DNA of 32,000 nt from Acinetobacter sp. ANC 3903 (GTDB lineage: Bacteria; Pseudomonadota; Gammaproteobacteria; Pseudomonadales; Moraxellaceae): NCBI RefSeq assembly GCF_002135315.1, contig NZ_NEGA01000024.1, positions 25,736 to 57,735 on the forward strand. The letters are read 5' to 3'. Of the stretch, positions 9,527-20,806 are shown in pieces (positions within the stretch are counted from its first letter, which is position 1; every line of letters starts with the position of its first letter). The notes under the pieces were generated by a model that searched no databases, was not told the DNA's origin, and was given only the letters and a program-made list of their open reading frames with translations. A program made the translations under genes and the position numbers.

Positions 9527-10485
9527 TTGATGATCTGATTACAACCCCAACAGCTTATGAGTTTACTCAGGCGATTCGTTTGTTGCGTCACACGCCATAT
9601 TCATCTACCACCCAGTACTGGGCGAATGATTTTAAATTTTATAGTTCTTTAAATCTTAATTTTCCCGTGACTGAGATTGAAAGCTTAAGCTTGGATAATA
9701 AATATATTCAGATCACTAATCTAATGATGGGTTTAACCGGTATACAAGGCGCTTTACCTTATAGCTACACCCATAAAATTAAACAAAGCCGTCGTCAGCA
9801 AAAACAAGAAACGCTTCAATTTTTAGGCTTATTTAATCATAAGCTGACCGCACAATATGTCGATGCGAGTCTGGCCTATTATTTGCCTATACGTTATGAA
9901 ATTGAAAGGGAAAATGATTATCTGGATATTTTGCATGCCTTAAATGGTTATGTCAAAACACAACAGAATCAGCCTGAATTGGAAGATTATTTTGCTGAAT
10001 TTTCAGGTTTAATGCAGGGCCAAAATAATACTGCCTATGCTTTAAAAACTATGCTGACTTGTATTTTCAAAACGGAATTTGTCATAAAAGAGTGGGTTGA
10101 AGAAAAATTTAAATTAGCGGATGCACAAAAAACAACTTTAGGTGGTTTAAATACCGGTTTACTCGGAATGAATACCTTTTGTGGCGATAGTATTCGTCAA
10201 ATGGGTGGGAAAATAGAAATTCAGATTGGCCCATTATCTAGAACTGATTATCTCAGCTTTTTACCGCAGCAAAAGATGAGTGAAAAATTAAAGAAAATAC
10301 TTTCAACCTGGTGTAGCCCAACGATGATGGTGGATTTGCGTTTAATTTTAAAAAAAGAAGACATCCAGCCCCTTTGCCTGGATTCAAGATCAGAACAGGG
10401 CTTGGCCCAGGGCACTTTTTTAATACCTAAACATACGGAAGCCAATTCAGAGACATGTTATGCATTATTAGGAGACATGCAATGA
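9490..10485 (+). CDS. tssG: T6SS baseplate protein TssG
   Basis: 331 aa. The block ...YEFTQAIRLL... is TssG-like. Overlaps the tssF end by 37 nt (translational coupling). Confidence 0.9.
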   Translation: MRAERWWQEASVIDDLITTPTAYEFTQAIRLLRHTPYSSTTQYWANDFKFYSSLNLNFPVTEIESLSLDNKYIQITNLMMGLTGIQGALPYSYTHKIKQSRRQQKQETLQFLGLFNHKLTAQYVDASLAYYLPIRYEIERENDYLDILHALNGYVKTQQNQPELEDYFAEFSGLMQGQNNTAYALKTMLTCIFKTEFVIKEWVEEKFKLADAQKTTLGGLNTGLLGMNTFCGDSIRQMGGKIEIQIGPLSRTDYLSFLPQQKMSEKLKKILSTWCSPTMMVDLRLILKKEDIQPLCLDSRSEQGLAQGTFLIPKHTEANSETCYALLGDMQ

Positions 10486-11900
10486 ATAAACTGATGCTGG
10501 GAACTTTTAGCAGTATTTTTCTATTGCTGAGTATGGTCATTATTTATTACTGGCGTGATATCCAATATGATCCTTCAGCTCTAGATTTAGTCTCATACTT
10601 TTTTGTTCTACCTGTCCTTTTGTCTTTAATTTTGCTTGCGCCATATTTCATTTATCGGGCTTATCGGTTATATATACGGCGTCATGAACAGCAAAATCAA
10701 ACCCTATTAGAACAGCAGCAATTGAATAAAGCTCAGACAGATAAGGAGCCCAAAATTGAAGAGATTAAATGGCTTAATTTAAATGTCTTTTCATCATTTG
10801 CATGTCATGCATTTGGTGAAAATGAAAAAATTATAGAGGGGCTAAAAAATTTTAAAACGCCGAAATTAGATTATAACTTGGCAAATAGTGTTGGTTTACC
10901 TGTTTTGTCATATAGAATTCATCCACTTGATCATGTGGCAGAGCTACAGGAGGATGAGCAGAATAGCGGAGATCAAAAGGGTCGGTTAGCACGTATAAAA
11001 GCTTTAATTCAACAACAATTAGAACAACAAACTGAAATCTTATGGCAAGTGGCTGAACATTTAAAGCAATCTGCATTATTTTATGATAGTGAACTAGCCT
11101 ATCAATATCGGATGCATCCTGCATGGAACAACCCCGATACTACAACCGATGATAAAGATGATCAGGACATTTCAATTGAGCAGGTGCCACGTCTAAATCG
11201 ACTTAACATTCATCTCTTGTTATCAGACAACTTATTACAGGCTTGGGATGAACATTTAACGCAGGAAATAGTGCTTCATTTTATAGAATCGTTGGGAATT
11301 CTTTCGCAGCAAATACATCTGCAGCCTCATTATATTGCCTCGCAAAACGCTTATACATACTGGCTTAAATTATTGGAGCAAATTTCAACCCAAAGTGATG
11401 AAGTTTCATTGCTCATCAATGTGGATTCGGAAATTGACCAAACATTGCTGGATGAAAAAATGTGGCAGATGGATAATTATTTGGCAGCAGAATTTGCATC
11501 CAGCTGGTGTGTGGCGGCGGCAGAGGTGAAGATCAATAACATAGATGCCATCAAGGTGCTTAAAGTTGCCAGCGATGGAGATGATTTATCTATTTGTCTC
11601 AATCAAGTAGTAACTCATCATACAGATCAAATCCAACAAGAACAGCCTTTTGTATTGGTTTTAGATGATGCAACGGATATAAAAAGTATTAAAAAAAATA
11701 ATCAGAGATTTGCACCCGCCTTAATTGAAACCCATCATCTTTTATATACAAAATCAATGCTGGGTCATACACAACATCTGGCAAAGATTTTTGGCTTTAT
11801 GTTGGGTATGCACCTGCCAGAGGAAATAACAATAATGATATACAGTAGCGATCAAGCTTCAACCTATGCTTTTTTTCAAACTAAAATTGTAGAAAATTGA
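10482..11900 (+). CDS. Inner-membrane T6SS-associated protein in the position of Acinetobacter AsaB/TsmK (assignment by synteny)
   Basis: The ATG at 10482 forms an ATGA overlap with the tssG stop, so it is preferred over the track's upstream start at 10455. Two N-terminal TM helices (GTFSSIFLLLSMVIIYYW, LVSYFFVLPVLLSLILLAPYFIY). No family recognised by eye. Confidence 0.7.
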   Translation: MNKLMLGTFSSIFLLLSMVIIYYWRDIQYDPSALDLVSYFFVLPVLLSLILLAPYFIYRAYRLYIRRHEQQNQTLLEQQQLNKAQTDKEPKIEEIKWLNLNVFSSFACHAFGENEKIIEGLKNFKTPKLDYNLANSVGLPVLSYRIHPLDHVAELQEDEQNSGDQKGRLARIKALIQQQLEQQTEILWQVAEHLKQSALFYDSELAYQYRMHPAWNNPDTTTDDKDDQDISIEQVPRLNRLNIHLLLSDNLLQAWDEHLTQEIVLHFIESLGILSQQIHLQPHYIASQNAYTYWLKLLEQISTQSDEVSLLINVDSEIDQTLLDEKMWQMDNYLAAEFASSWCVAAAEVKINNIDAIKVLKVASDGDDLSICLNQVVTHHTDQIQQEQPFVLVLDDATDIKSIKKNNQRFAPALIETHHLLYTKSMLGHTQHLAKIFGFMLGMHLPEEITIMIYSSDQASTYAFFQTKIVEN

Positions 11901-11956
11901 CTTGAAGTACTCACCATTTAAAGATGAATAAAAATAAATAGAATAACGAGAATCAC

Positions 11957-14900
11957 ATGTTTTATACCGTTTTAGCTTATGTCTGGCAATATGTAACCCA
12001 TCCCAAAGCCATTATTGCACTCTCTTTTTTAGTGGCATTGATTTCTTCCTATAACATCATTCCTCGAAATATTTTTTGGGCGCTCGTTGCAACCTATGTT
12101 TTTGCACTTATCGGCTATGGCGTATATCGGCTAATTCAAAAATATCGTCATGCACAACAGGGTGCAGTGCTTGCTGAAGCTATTGAAAATGATACACAAG
12201 CTGAATATGGCAAGCAGAAAGATACGCAAGAATTACAGCTGATGAGTCAGCAAATGAAAGAATCGATCCAGCTGATTCGTAAATCAAAGTTGGGAGATAA
12301 AAAAGGCAATGCAGCACTATATGAATTACCTTGGTATATGGTGATTGGCAATCCAGCTGCAGGTAAAAGTTCGGCAATTTATCATTCAGGGCTGAAATTT
12401 CCCTTTGAGGATTCCCATCAAAAAAGGGTTTCTTCTGGTCTAAGTGGCACTCGAAACTGTGATTGGTTTTTCTCTACCGAAGGGGTGTTACTGGATACTG
12501 CCGGGCGCTACTCAGTTTATGCTGAGGATCATTCTAAATGGTTGGGCTTTTTGAATTTATTAAAGAAAAACCGTACTCGAGCACCGGTTAACGGTTTAAT
12601 TGTGGTGGTCAGCATTGCCGAACTGATCAGCCAAAGCCCCGAGAAATCAATCCAGCTGGCTAAAAATTTAAGAGCGCGCATTCAAGATATTACCGAACGT
12701 TTAGAGATATTTGCACCTGTTTATTTAGTATTTTCCAAAATGGATTTAATCGCAGGATTTACTGAATTTTTTGAATGTTATGACGTCGACGAGTTTGATC
12801 AGGTGTGGGGAGCGACTTTAAAGTACGAGCCAAATTCCGTCCAGAATGTAATGACGATTTTTGAACAGCATTATGCTGTTTTATATGATGGTTTAAAAGG
12901 GCTAAGTACCACGCATCTTAGTCGACGTCATAGCCAGAATATTTCACCCAGTGTGATGACATTTCCTTTAGAGTTCAAAAGTTTAAAACCAGTACTGAAA
13001 ACTTTTATTGGGACTTTATTTGAAGAAAATCCCTATCAGTTTAAACCCGTATTCCGTGGTTTCTATTTTACCAGTGCCTTACAACAAGGTGTAATTGAAA
13101 GTCCAATGACCCAGCAGATTGCACAGGATTTTCATTTATCACAAAACTTAAATAGTGAAAATACTGAACTGGGTAATTCGACTTCACAAAACCATGGCTA
13201 CTTTCTAAAAGGTTTATTTTCAAATGTGATTTTGAAAGACCAAAATCTGGTTAAACAGCATATTAATCCTGTACGTAAGAAACAACGTTACTTAGCCTTT
13301 ATCACTGCCTTATTGGGTATATCCATTGTTTTAAGTTTATGGGTCTGGTCATATCGGAATAATCAGCAATTGATTGCCGATGTGCAATCCGATCTGGACA
13401 AGGTCGTCCAACTGGAAAAGCAATCCGGACAAGAACTCTCTACGCAACTGAATGCCTTGCTGATTTTACAGGAGCGTATGCAGCAGCTTGATCAATTTGA
13501 AGAAACTCAGCCTCTACAGTTTAGCTTTGGACTGTATCAGGGTCATGCGTTGCTAGAAAAATTACAAACTGAATATTTAAAGGGCATTAGACAACTGCTT
13601 TTGCAGCCGACACAACAGAATATTGCACAGTATTTACAACGTATAAAAAGCAACGAAGCCACTTTAAAGGCCAATCATGTTAGTGTTGAAATAAAACAAG
13701 TCGATAAAAATCAGCAATATTTAGAACCATCTGAAAGCAATCCCCAAGATGCTTACAATGCTTTAAAGGCTTACTTAATGCTGAGTAATCCTCAATATAT
13801 GGATTCAAGTCATTTAGGTGATCAGTTGACACGTTTCTGGCGTCCTTGGCTGGATTCAAACCGTGGCCTGATGCCACGTGGTGAAATGATCCAGAAAGCG
13901 GAGCAAATATTATCCTATAGCATCACGCTGGCACATACTCAAAATTTTCCAATCCTTGAAGCAGACGCTTTGCTGGTTGATCAGACCCGTCAGGTTTTAT
14001 TGGCTGTCGTTCGGGGGATGCCTGCACGGGACCGTGTGTATAACGAAATCAAAATGCGTGCCGCAGTGCGTTATCCTGCTGTAACTGTAAAGCAGTTAGT
14101 GGGGGGAAATGGCCAAAATATAGTACTGGGAAGTTATGCCTTACCTGGCATGTTTACTTATAAAGCATGGACTGAATATGTAGAAAAAGCGATTGATGAT
14201 GCCGCAAACCGCCCAATAGATAGCAAAGACTGGGTGTTAAATAGCACTCAATCGGATGATCTCACTTTTAGTGGCAGTTCAGACCAGATTCGTAAGCAAT
14301 TAACAGCACTATATAAGCAGCAATATATCGCTGAGTGGCGTAAATTTTCAAATGGCATTTACTATGCCAAGGCCAGCGATTTTAACCAGCAAACAAAAAA
14401 TATTGATATCTTGGGCGAGCCAGAAAATTCCCCCATTCGTGCCATTATTCAGCATATTGCTCAAGAAACCAGTTGGGATAACCCAGTGCTTCAGGCAGAA
14501 CTGGCTACACCGAAAACTGGTCTCATGGCATGGCTTAAAGCTAAAATTTTAACTCAGGATGAGCCTAAAGCGACGAACCTGGCATCGAATCAGGCACAAA
14601 GAGTCATTTTAAAAGAATTCCAGATGTTCTATCAATTAATTCGTAAACGCGATGATCAGCAAAACAAATCTTTATTAGATGAATATATGCAATCACTTGC
14701 ACAGGTCAGGAGTAAATTTAATGATCTGAAGAGTACCGGGGATATTGGTCCGGCAGCCTTTATTTTAGTCAAGCAAACGATTAATGATCAAAACTCTGTT
14801 TTTAATAATAGCCAAAAAATAATTGATGAAAAAATGACTGTTGGACTGAATGACCCAGATCAGCAAGTTCTGCAAAAATTATTAATGAGTCCCTTAACTC

Positions 14901-15781
14901 AATCCTTTGCCTGCTTATTGATTCCAGCACAGCATGAAATGAATAAATTATGGATGATCCAAGCGAATCAGCCATTTAGCGCTAACTTAAGTCAAAAATA
15001 TCCATTTAACTCTTCTGCAACATTGCAGGCCACTCGCCAAGAAATCAGTCAAATTTTGGGTGAAAATGGCAGTATTGCACGTTTTGTCAAAGACTATCTC
15101 GATCCGCTGGTCATTCGTCGTGGCTATCTATTAACCTCCAAAACCTGGAAAGATTTGGGGATTAGTCTGAATCCACAATTTGTAATGAATTTCCAAAGCT
15201 ATGTGGCCCCCAATAATGGCATGGCAACAGGGGAGTTGAACCAAACAACGGCAATAGCGGCAAGCAATCAATCGAATTTCCAGTTTTATCCTTTAGAAAA
15301 TTCACAACTTCTGTCTTATACCATTGATATTGATGGCCAAAGAATGGTCTATGAAAATGGCATTCAACAATGGGTGAATTTTGTCTGGCCAAATCAAGGC
15401 TCTATTCCGGGTGCACGTATTAGCGCGGTAGATTTGCAAGGACAAATACATACCATCTTGGATGAACCGGGGGAATATGGCATTAATCGCCTGATTGATC
15501 ATGCACAGCGTACACAACGTGGCGATAGTTTTGAGATGATCTGGAAAGATCAACAAAATCCTGAGCTAGCCGTAAAAGTTAATTTCCGTTTGATTAGTGG
15601 TAATTCAGGACGTATTGGTTCGAGTCGTGGGTATGCCGGCATGCAACTGGTTGATCAGGTGGTGAATGATAAATCGGTTCGTGTGGTTGCAGCCCAGACA
15701 GTCCCAACACCTGTAGCAGTGGTTAAAACAAATGCCACTCCTGCATTAGCAAGTATGAATAGTGCTGGAGTTAGCCAATGA
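11957..15781 (+). CDS. tssM: T6SS membrane-complex protein TssM (IcmF-like)
   Basis: 1274 aa. N-terminal TM helices, then P-loop GNPAAGKSS and LLDTAGR, a third TM ([20 protein letters not shown]) and a long periplasmic domain. Confidence 0.95.
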   Translation: MFYTVLAYVWQYVTHPKAIIALSFLVALISSYNIIPRNIFWALVATYVFALIGYGVYRLIQKYRHAQQGAVLAEAIENDTQAEYGKQKDTQELQLMSQQMKESIQLIRKSKLGDKKGNAALYELPWYMVIGNPAAGKSSAIYHSGLKFPFEDSHQKRVSSGLSGTRNCDWFFSTEGVLLDTAGRYSVYAEDHSKWLGFLNLLKKNRTRAPVNGLIVVVSIAELISQSPEKSIQLAKNLRARIQDITERLEIFAPVYLVFSKMDLIAGFTEFFECYDVDEFDQVWGATLKYEPNSVQNVMTIFEQHYAVLYDGLKGLSTTHLSRRHSQNISPSVMTFPLEFKSLKPVLKTFIGTLFEENPYQFKPVFRGFYFTSALQQGVIESPMTQQIAQDFHLSQNLNSENTELGNSTSQNHGYFLKGLFSNVILKDQNLVKQHINPVRKKQRYLAFITALLGISIVLSLWVWSYRNNQQLIADVQSDLDKVVQLEKQSGQELSTQLNALLILQERMQQLDQFEETQPLQFSFGLYQGHALLEKLQTEYLKGIRQLLLQPTQQNIAQYLQRIKSNEATLKANHVSVEIKQVDKNQQYLEPSESNPQDAYNALKAYLMLSNPQYMDSSHLGDQLTRFWRPWLDSNRGLMPRGEMIQKAEQILSYSITLAHTQNFPILEADALLVDQTRQVLLAVVRGMPARDRVYNEIKMRAAVRYPAVTVKQLVGGNGQNIVLGSYALPGMFTYKAWTEYVEKAIDDAANRPIDSKDWVLNSTQSDDLTFSGSSDQIRKQLTALYKQQYIAEWRKFSNGIYYAKASDFNQQTKNIDILGEPENSPIRAIIQHIAQETSWDNPVLQAELATPKTGLMAWLKAKILTQDEPKATNLASNQAQRVILKEFQMFYQLIRKRDDQQNKSLLDEYMQSLAQVRSKFNDLKSTGDIGPAAFILVKQTINDQNSVFNNSQKIIDEKMTVGLNDPDQQVLQKLLMSPLTQSFACLLIPAQHEMNKLWMIQANQPFSANLSQKYPFNSSATLQATRQEISQILGENGSIARFVKDYLDPLVIRRGYLLTSKTWKDLGISLNPQFVMNFQSYVAPNNGMATGELNQTTAIAASNQSNFQFYPLENSQLLSYTIDIDGQRMVYENGIQQWVNFVWPNQGSIPGARISAVDLQGQIHTILDEPGEYGINRLIDHAQRTQRGDSFEMIWKDQQNPELAVKVNFRLISGNSGRIGSSRGYAGMQLVDQVVNDKSVRVVAAQTVPTPVAVVKTNATPALASMNSAGVSQ

Positions 15782-15830
15782 TGAATATAAAGCATCTCAT
15801 CCGCACATCAAAAAAAGAGGGAGCATATTC

Positions 15831-16790
15831 ATGCATACCATGAAAACTTTCCCGATTTATTATGGTAAATGTCCCGCACATGGTGATTTTTTGAAAACGC
15901 GAGGGCAGTCCGCTTTAATTCAACTACTAGATCAATGGATTACTGAGGCACTGGAATATGCCATGCAATCAGCTGATTTTGCTACAAACTATAAACAACT
16001 CCCTACGCTGGATTTTTTTATTGCAAATCCACAGGACAGCAGTTTTCTGGTCGCCAATTTAATCAGCAGTGAAGATAGTTCAGGTCGTCAATTTCCGATG
16101 TTGCTGAGTCATTTATTAGAAGTTGATTCGCCCGGTGATAATATTTTGTACGCACCCTTGCGTTATAAGCAGACTTTAATTGATTTATTGCAAAAGAATA
16201 GGGAATTACAGTCGCTCAGTGAGCCTGATCTTCTACCTGATAAACTGGAAAAATTAAGCAATGAAATTGAAGTGCTTACACGTAATGAAAGTGCTGAGTT
16301 TTATCAAGATCATACTATCCATTCATTTGCACAATTAATGAGTTTAAGTGCCAATGAGCTGGCTCAAAATATGATCGGTTTGGGATTATTGTTGCAGCCC
16401 GTGATTCAACAAGGAACGGCGCAGATCAAAAAAGTCCTGATTTTACCTATCAATAACACCAATTATAGCCATGAAATAGCCGCTTTTTGGGTCAATTTGA
16501 TCAGTTATTTTGTTTCAAAACAAAATGTAGAATTATGGACGGGAATTTTGCATCTGAAGCAACCCGTGCTGCTGTTTGGTTTCCAAGGTGCCGATATTAT
16601 TGCATTAAGCGAGATATTCAATCAAAAAATGGATTCCGGGCATTGGGTTTCACTGCTTCAAGCCAACTGGATTGATCCTTATTTAGAACAAAATGCAGGA
16701 CTTGCTGCTTTAGAACAAGTTTTAAGTGAGCGCCAACTAAGTCTTATACAAAGTATGAAACTGTTTAAACAAACCTTTATTAATGAATAA
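15831..16790 (+). CDS. tagF: T6SS-associated regulator TagF (DUF2094-type)
   Basis: The ATG at 15831 with AGAGGGA RBS (15817-15823) is preferred over the track start at 15762. The N-terminal [13 protein letters not shown] is the TagF signature. Directly follows tssM. Confidence 0.8.
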   Translation: MHTMKTFPIYYGKCPAHGDFLKTRGQSALIQLLDQWITEALEYAMQSADFATNYKQLPTLDFFIANPQDSSFLVANLISSEDSSGRQFPMLLSHLLEVDSPGDNILYAPLRYKQTLIDLLQKNRELQSLSEPDLLPDKLEKLSNEIEVLTRNESAEFYQDHTIHSFAQLMSLSANELAQNMIGLGLLLQPVIQQGTAQIKKVLILPINNTNYSHEIAAFWVNLISYFVSKQNVELWTGILHLKQPVLLFGFQGADIIALSEIFNQKMDSGHWVSLLQANWIDPYLEQNAGLAALEQVLSERQLSLIQSMKLFKQTFINE

Positions 16791-16796
16791 AATATT

Positions 16797-17558
16797 ATGA
16801 AAAAACAATATATTAAAATTATTATGCAGATCTTTTTTTTAATTTTCAGCTTATCTATAGTGACCCATGCCGAGCCGATTGTCATTGAGGGGGCGGTGCC
16901 CAATGAAGCCAGTAAACAAGAGATTTTAAATAAAATGTACACGACTTATGGGCAAGAGAATGTCATCGATAGACTTCAAGTCCGTGCTGTTACTGCTCCT
17001 AATGGTTGGAGCGGTGCTGTGAGTAATGTCATTACCGATGACTTAAAGAAAGTAAAACAAGGCAAACTAACCGTACGTGGTACGCAGGTGGATTTATCCG
17101 GAAAAATGAGCGATGAAAAGGATCTTCAGCCGACAACTACAAAATTTCACAGTCTTGTAGCAGCTCCTTATCGTTTAAATGCACAATTATCCGTAAACCA
17201 AGCTGAGCAACAAATGATTGATGCCACATTAAAGCATCGTATTATTGAATTTGAATCTGGAAGTGCTGTGTTAACTGCATCAGGCACACAAATTTTAGAT
17301 GAAATGGCGGTAGCATTGAATAAAGTCAGCGGTAAAAAAGTGAAGGTGATTGGCCACACGGATAGCTCTGGTGATGCAAATAAAAACCTGACTTTAAGCC
17401 AGCAGCGTGCAACTATAGTGAAAAATTATTTAATTGGGAAAAATATTGCAGCTGTAAATTTAACTGCAGAAGGTTTCGGTTCGAATCAACCTGTTGCTGA
17501 TAATACCACTGTAGAGGGTCGCAGAAAAAACCGTCGTATTGAGTTTCAAGTTCAATAA
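16797..17558 (+). CDS. OmpA-family peptidoglycan-binding protein (TagN-like)
   Basis: 253 aa. Signal peptide, then C-terminal OmpA_C motif (IEFESGSA...GHTDSSGDANKNLTLSQQRA...GRRKNRRIEF). Last gene of the plus-strand T6SS operon. Confidence 0.85.
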   Translation: MKKQYIKIIMQIFFLIFSLSIVTHAEPIVIEGAVPNEASKQEILNKMYTTYGQENVIDRLQVRAVTAPNGWSGAVSNVITDDLKKVKQGKLTVRGTQVDLSGKMSDEKDLQPTTTKFHSLVAAPYRLNAQLSVNQAEQQMIDATLKHRIIEFESGSAVLTASGTQILDEMAVALNKVSGKKVKVIGHTDSSGDANKNLTLSQQRATIVKNYLIGKNIAAVNLTAEGFGSNQPVADNTTVEGRRKNRRIEFQVQ

Positions 17559-17582
17559 GTTATTGCATTTAAAAACGATATT

Positions 17583-17618
17583 AAATAAGGAAGCATGATG
17601 CTTCCTTATTTATTTTTA
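17583..17618. terminator. Bidirectional intrinsic terminator between the tagN-like gene and the amidase gene
   Basis: Near-perfect palindrome AAATAAGGAAGCAT-G-ATGCTTCCTTATTT, followed by ATTTTTAT. Lies between convergent genes. Confidence 0.75.
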
Positions 17619-17621
17619 TGA

Positions 17622-19043
17622 TCAAGCATCCTGAATTCTACGCCAGGGTTTTGCCTGTTCAATTTCATAGGCCAATTCAATTAAAGTTTTTTCATCACCA
17701 ATATTGGCGGAAAGCTGCATGCTAATTGGCAAGCCATCCACTTGCGTTTGTCCCATCGGGATCGACATTCCTGGGGCGCCAACGACATTCTGAATGGGAG
17801 TAAAGGTAACGTAATTTTGAATCCGATCAAATAATTGATCAAATGGAAGCCTAGGCGATAGATAACCAATTTGTGGGGTTGTATGTGCTAATACCGGTGA
17901 AAGAAGTACATCATATTGGTTAAAAATGTCCTGATATTGTTGCTGCATTTTTTTTAAACGGTACAAAAATAACGGCGTTTTATAAAAGTTCTTTTTATAA
18001 AGTCCAGCAAGTCCAACGGTTAAATTATCCAGCTTTTTAGCATTAAATCCGGCCCCAAAAGCCTGTTTGCCAAAGGTTTGCAGCATAAAAGATAAAAAAC
18101 CCCAATATTCACTAAAATCATCAACAAAGTTTATGGAGATAGGCAGCTTAAACTCTTCAACATGATGACCCAAGTCTGCCAGTAATTTCGCAGTCTGGTT
18201 GAGGGTGAATGATGTTTCCTGATCAATTTGACCGGTGATGGATTGGGTAACTAAACCGATTCGTAAACGGCGCTGGTTAGGCTGTTTGATTAAACCAATT
18301 TTAGGCAGTTTTTTATTATAAAATCTTTGTTCCATACCAGCATAAAAGTAAGCCGTATCACGAACACTGCGCGTAACTACACCTTCACTGATGATATTAA
18401 TGGGTAAAGAACGTGCTGCATCACTATCAAAAGTACGACCGCGACTGGGTTTGAGTCCAATCAAACCACAGCAAGCAGCGGGGATTCGAATTGAACCGCC
18501 TCCATCATTGGCATGGGCAATAGGCACTACACCCGAGGCAACCATTGCAGCAGAACCACCTGAAGATGCACCGCAAGAATAGGCTGTATGCCAGGGATTA
18601 ACAGTTGCACTGCCATCTTTAAACTCAGTGGTGGCATTTAAACCAAATTCGGGCAGGGTAGTTTTACCTAAAACCACAAAGCCCTGATCTAAAATTTGTT
18701 GACTGATTTTTGGATTAATTAATACGGTTTTACCATGTACCGCTTTAGAGCCATGATGAGTTGTCAGGCCTTGGTAATCGGTATTGTCTTTAAAAAAGAA
18801 GGGAACACCGGCAAAAATTCCTGTTTGTTTGAAATGTGGCTTTGATAAGGCACGCTCAAAACAATCAAGCTGAATCGCATTGAGATGCGGATTGACGCGT
18901 TGTGCGCGGGCAATCGCGGCTGCTGTGACTTCTTCTACGGAAGCCTGTTTACTGCGAATTAATTGTGCAATACCCACGGCATCTAGATCTGACATTACAT
19001 CATTATCAAATGCATGAATTCGTTTAGAATTTTGCGATTCCAT
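17622..19043 (-). CDS. Amidase-signature family amidase
   Basis: 473 aa. AS-family motifs: FFFKDN (catalytic Lys region), CGASSGGSAAMVASG and NDGGGSIRIPAACCGLIGLKPSRGR. Confidence 0.9.
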   Translation of the reverse strand: MESQNSKRIHAFDNDVMSDLDAVGIAQLIRSKQASVEEVTAAAIARAQRVNPHLNAIQLDCFERALSKPHFKQTGIFAGVPFFFKDNTDYQGLTTHHGSKAVHGKTVLINPKISQQILDQGFVVLGKTTLPEFGLNATTEFKDGSATVNPWHTAYSCGASSGGSAAMVASGVVPIAHANDGGGSIRIPAACCGLIGLKPSRGRTFDSDAARSLPINIISEGVVTRSVRDTAYFYAGMEQRFYNKKLPKIGLIKQPNQRRLRIGLVTQSITGQIDQETSFTLNQTAKLLADLGHHVEEFKLPISINFVDDFSEYWGFLSFMLQTFGKQAFGAGFNAKKLDNLTVGLAGLYKKNFYKTPLFLYRLKKMQQQYQDIFNQYDVLLSPVLAHTTPQIGYLSPRLPFDQLFDRIQNYVTFTPIQNVVGAPGMSIPMGQTQVDGLPISMQLSANIGDEKTLIELAYEIEQAKPWRRIQDA

Positions 19044-19173
19044 ATAATTTTAGCCCTGTATTTCCGTATATTTTTGTTTTTTCATTTTGTCTTATAGAGA
19101 TCAGCATAAGAAAACAAAGCTGATCAAAATCATTTTACAACATAGTCATGACAATATTCACTGTCAATTTAAA

Positions 19174-20589
19174 CTATTCATCCATTATAAAACCTTGCAG
19201 CGTAGCAATAACCTGATCGAGTGAATGCTGAACTGAATCTGTCCATTCAAATGAACAGTTCATCCTTAAATAATGTTGTTTTTGTGCGGTGATATTGAAA
19301 AGTTGACCTGGTGCAATACCTATGTTCTGCTGGATAAGGACTTCATAAACTTGCATGCTGTCTACATTTTTAGGCAGTTTCAGCCATAAAAAATAGCCAC
19401 TCGGATAATATTCAATTTTACATTCAGGGGGTAAATTCAACTCTAAATATCTATAAAATAATAATTTATTATGCTGTAAATTTTTTCGTAAATTACGAAG
19501 ATGCTTTTCATAATGAAAATTAGACAAAAATTCCACTAAAGCGGTTTGCAGTAAAGAATTGACCGAAATAGTGCTCATTAACTGCAAATGCTGAATATGC
19601 TGCGAGTATTTCCCAGCATGCACCCAACCCACCCGAAACGTTGCACCCAAAGTTTTAGAAAAAGAAGAGCAGTGGAGAATCAAATTATTTTGATCATAAT
19701 AGGTCATGGGCAAAGGCTTTTTATGTCCAAAGTACATTTTTTCATAGACATCATCTTCAATCATATGAACTTGATATTGATGTAATAATTTTGAAATTTG
19801 GAATTTTATATCTTCTGAAACGGTAAAACCTATAGGATTATGGCTATTCAACATGAACCAGCAGAGTTTTACCGGATAGGTTTTTAAGATATGTTCAAAA
19901 GCATCCAGGTCAAATCCATGTTTTGGATGCTCTGGAATCGTAACCACTTTAAGGCCTACACGTTCAGCCGCTTGCCAGGCACCATAAAAAACATTTTGCT
20001 GCAAAACAATATAGTCACCTGGTTGAGCAATTGCTTGCAGCGCCAGGTTCAGCGCATCCATACCACCGGATGTAATGACAATGTCATCAGGATCGGTTGC
20101 TATACCTTGCATACAATAGCGTTGTGCGATCAGTTTGCGTAAAGCAAAATTTCCGGGTGGCAAGCTATCGATAGCATCATAACTTTTTTTATTACGTGCA
20201 ATTTGTCCCATAATCTGGGTCAGTTTTTTGGAATAGACCAAATCACTGGCCGGAAATGCCGAACCAAACGGAACAATATGTTCACCCTGAATGGATTTCA
20301 GATACTTAAAAATTAATGAATTGATCTTAATATTAGAATTGAGAGAAACAATTAAAGGTGTGTTGTGTTCATGGTCGGCATATGTATTTGCAATGTAATA
20401 GCCAGATTTTTCCTTCGCATAAATTAACCCTCTAGATTCAAGCTCTTGATAAGCATTCATCACTGTAATCAGGCTAAAACCGGAAAGCTGCACTTGTTCA
20501 CGTAAAGAAGGAAGTTTTTCATGGGCTTTCAGGGTGCCACTTTCAATCAGTTGTCTTAATTGATGAGCAAGCTGTTCTGACTTATACAT
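19174..20589 (-). CDS. MocR/PdxR-type transcriptional regulator (GntR HTH fused to a fold-type I aminotransferase domain)
   Basis: 471 aa. N-terminal GntR wHTH (LPSLREQVQLSGFSLITVMNAYQELESRGLIY), then an aminotransferase-like domain with the PLP-lysine motif SSFSKTLG. Confidence 0.88.
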   Translation of the reverse strand: MYKSEQLAHQLRQLIESGTLKAHEKLPSLREQVQLSGFSLITVMNAYQELESRGLIYAKEKSGYYIANTYADHEHNTPLIVSLNSNIKINSLIFKYLKSIQGEHIVPFGSAFPASDLVYSKKLTQIMGQIARNKKSYDAIDSLPPGNFALRKLIAQRYCMQGIATDPDDIVITSGGMDALNLALQAIAQPGDYIVLQQNVFYGAWQAAERVGLKVVTIPEHPKHGFDLDAFEHILKTYPVKLCWFMLNSHNPIGFTVSEDIKFQISKLLHQYQVHMIEDDVYEKMYFGHKKPLPMTYYDQNNLILHCSSFSKTLGATFRVGWVHAGKYSQHIQHLQLMSTISVNSLLQTALVEFLSNFHYEKHLRNLRKNLQHNKLLFYRYLELNLPPECKIEYYPSGYFLWLKLPKNVDSMQVYEVLIQQNIGIAPGQLFNITAQKQHYLRMNCSFEWTDSVQHSLDQVIATLQGFIMDE

Positions 20590-20806
20590 GTGGAAGTATG
20601 ATTTATGAAAAGTAACTGTCTATAAATATAACTGTATTTAGTCAATAAAAAAGTATTTTTATAACAGATTTATCTAAAAATGCAGATCTGTTATAAATTT
20701 TATGGCTGATGTTGTATCTATTAAATTCAAAAATATTTGCAATACTAGCGCACACTGAATGCAAACGCATGATGAATGTGCATAAAATGTTGAAATGGAG
20801 TGATAA

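Noticed and set aside
10455-10481. Upstream start (10455) for the AsaB-position gene
   Set aside because: The ATG at 10482 gives an ATGA stop-start overlap with tssG and begins directly before the first TM helix. The 9 extra codons lie wholly within tssG.
15762-15830. Upstream start (15762) for tagF overlapping the tssM end
   Set aside because: The ATG at 15831 has a clear AGAGGGA RBS and yields the conserved TagF N-terminus. The upstream extension has no RBS.
19044-19173. GATCAGC/GCTGATC and TGACA/TGTCA inverted repeats between the amidase and MocR genes as terminator or MocR operator
   Set aside because: The stems are short with no T-run, and the arrangement is not diagnostic of MocR-type repeats. 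Evidence is insufficient.
10248-20142. Other embedded track ORFs (10248..10445, 10852..11124, 11335..11529, 12180..12377, 13680..13877, 14352..14552, 15162..15556, 16487..16942, 17168..17359, 17681..17869, 18391..18582, 19588..19785, 19891..20142)
   Set aside because: Each lies inside a longer, motif-supported gene on the opposite strand or in another frame. None has independent support.
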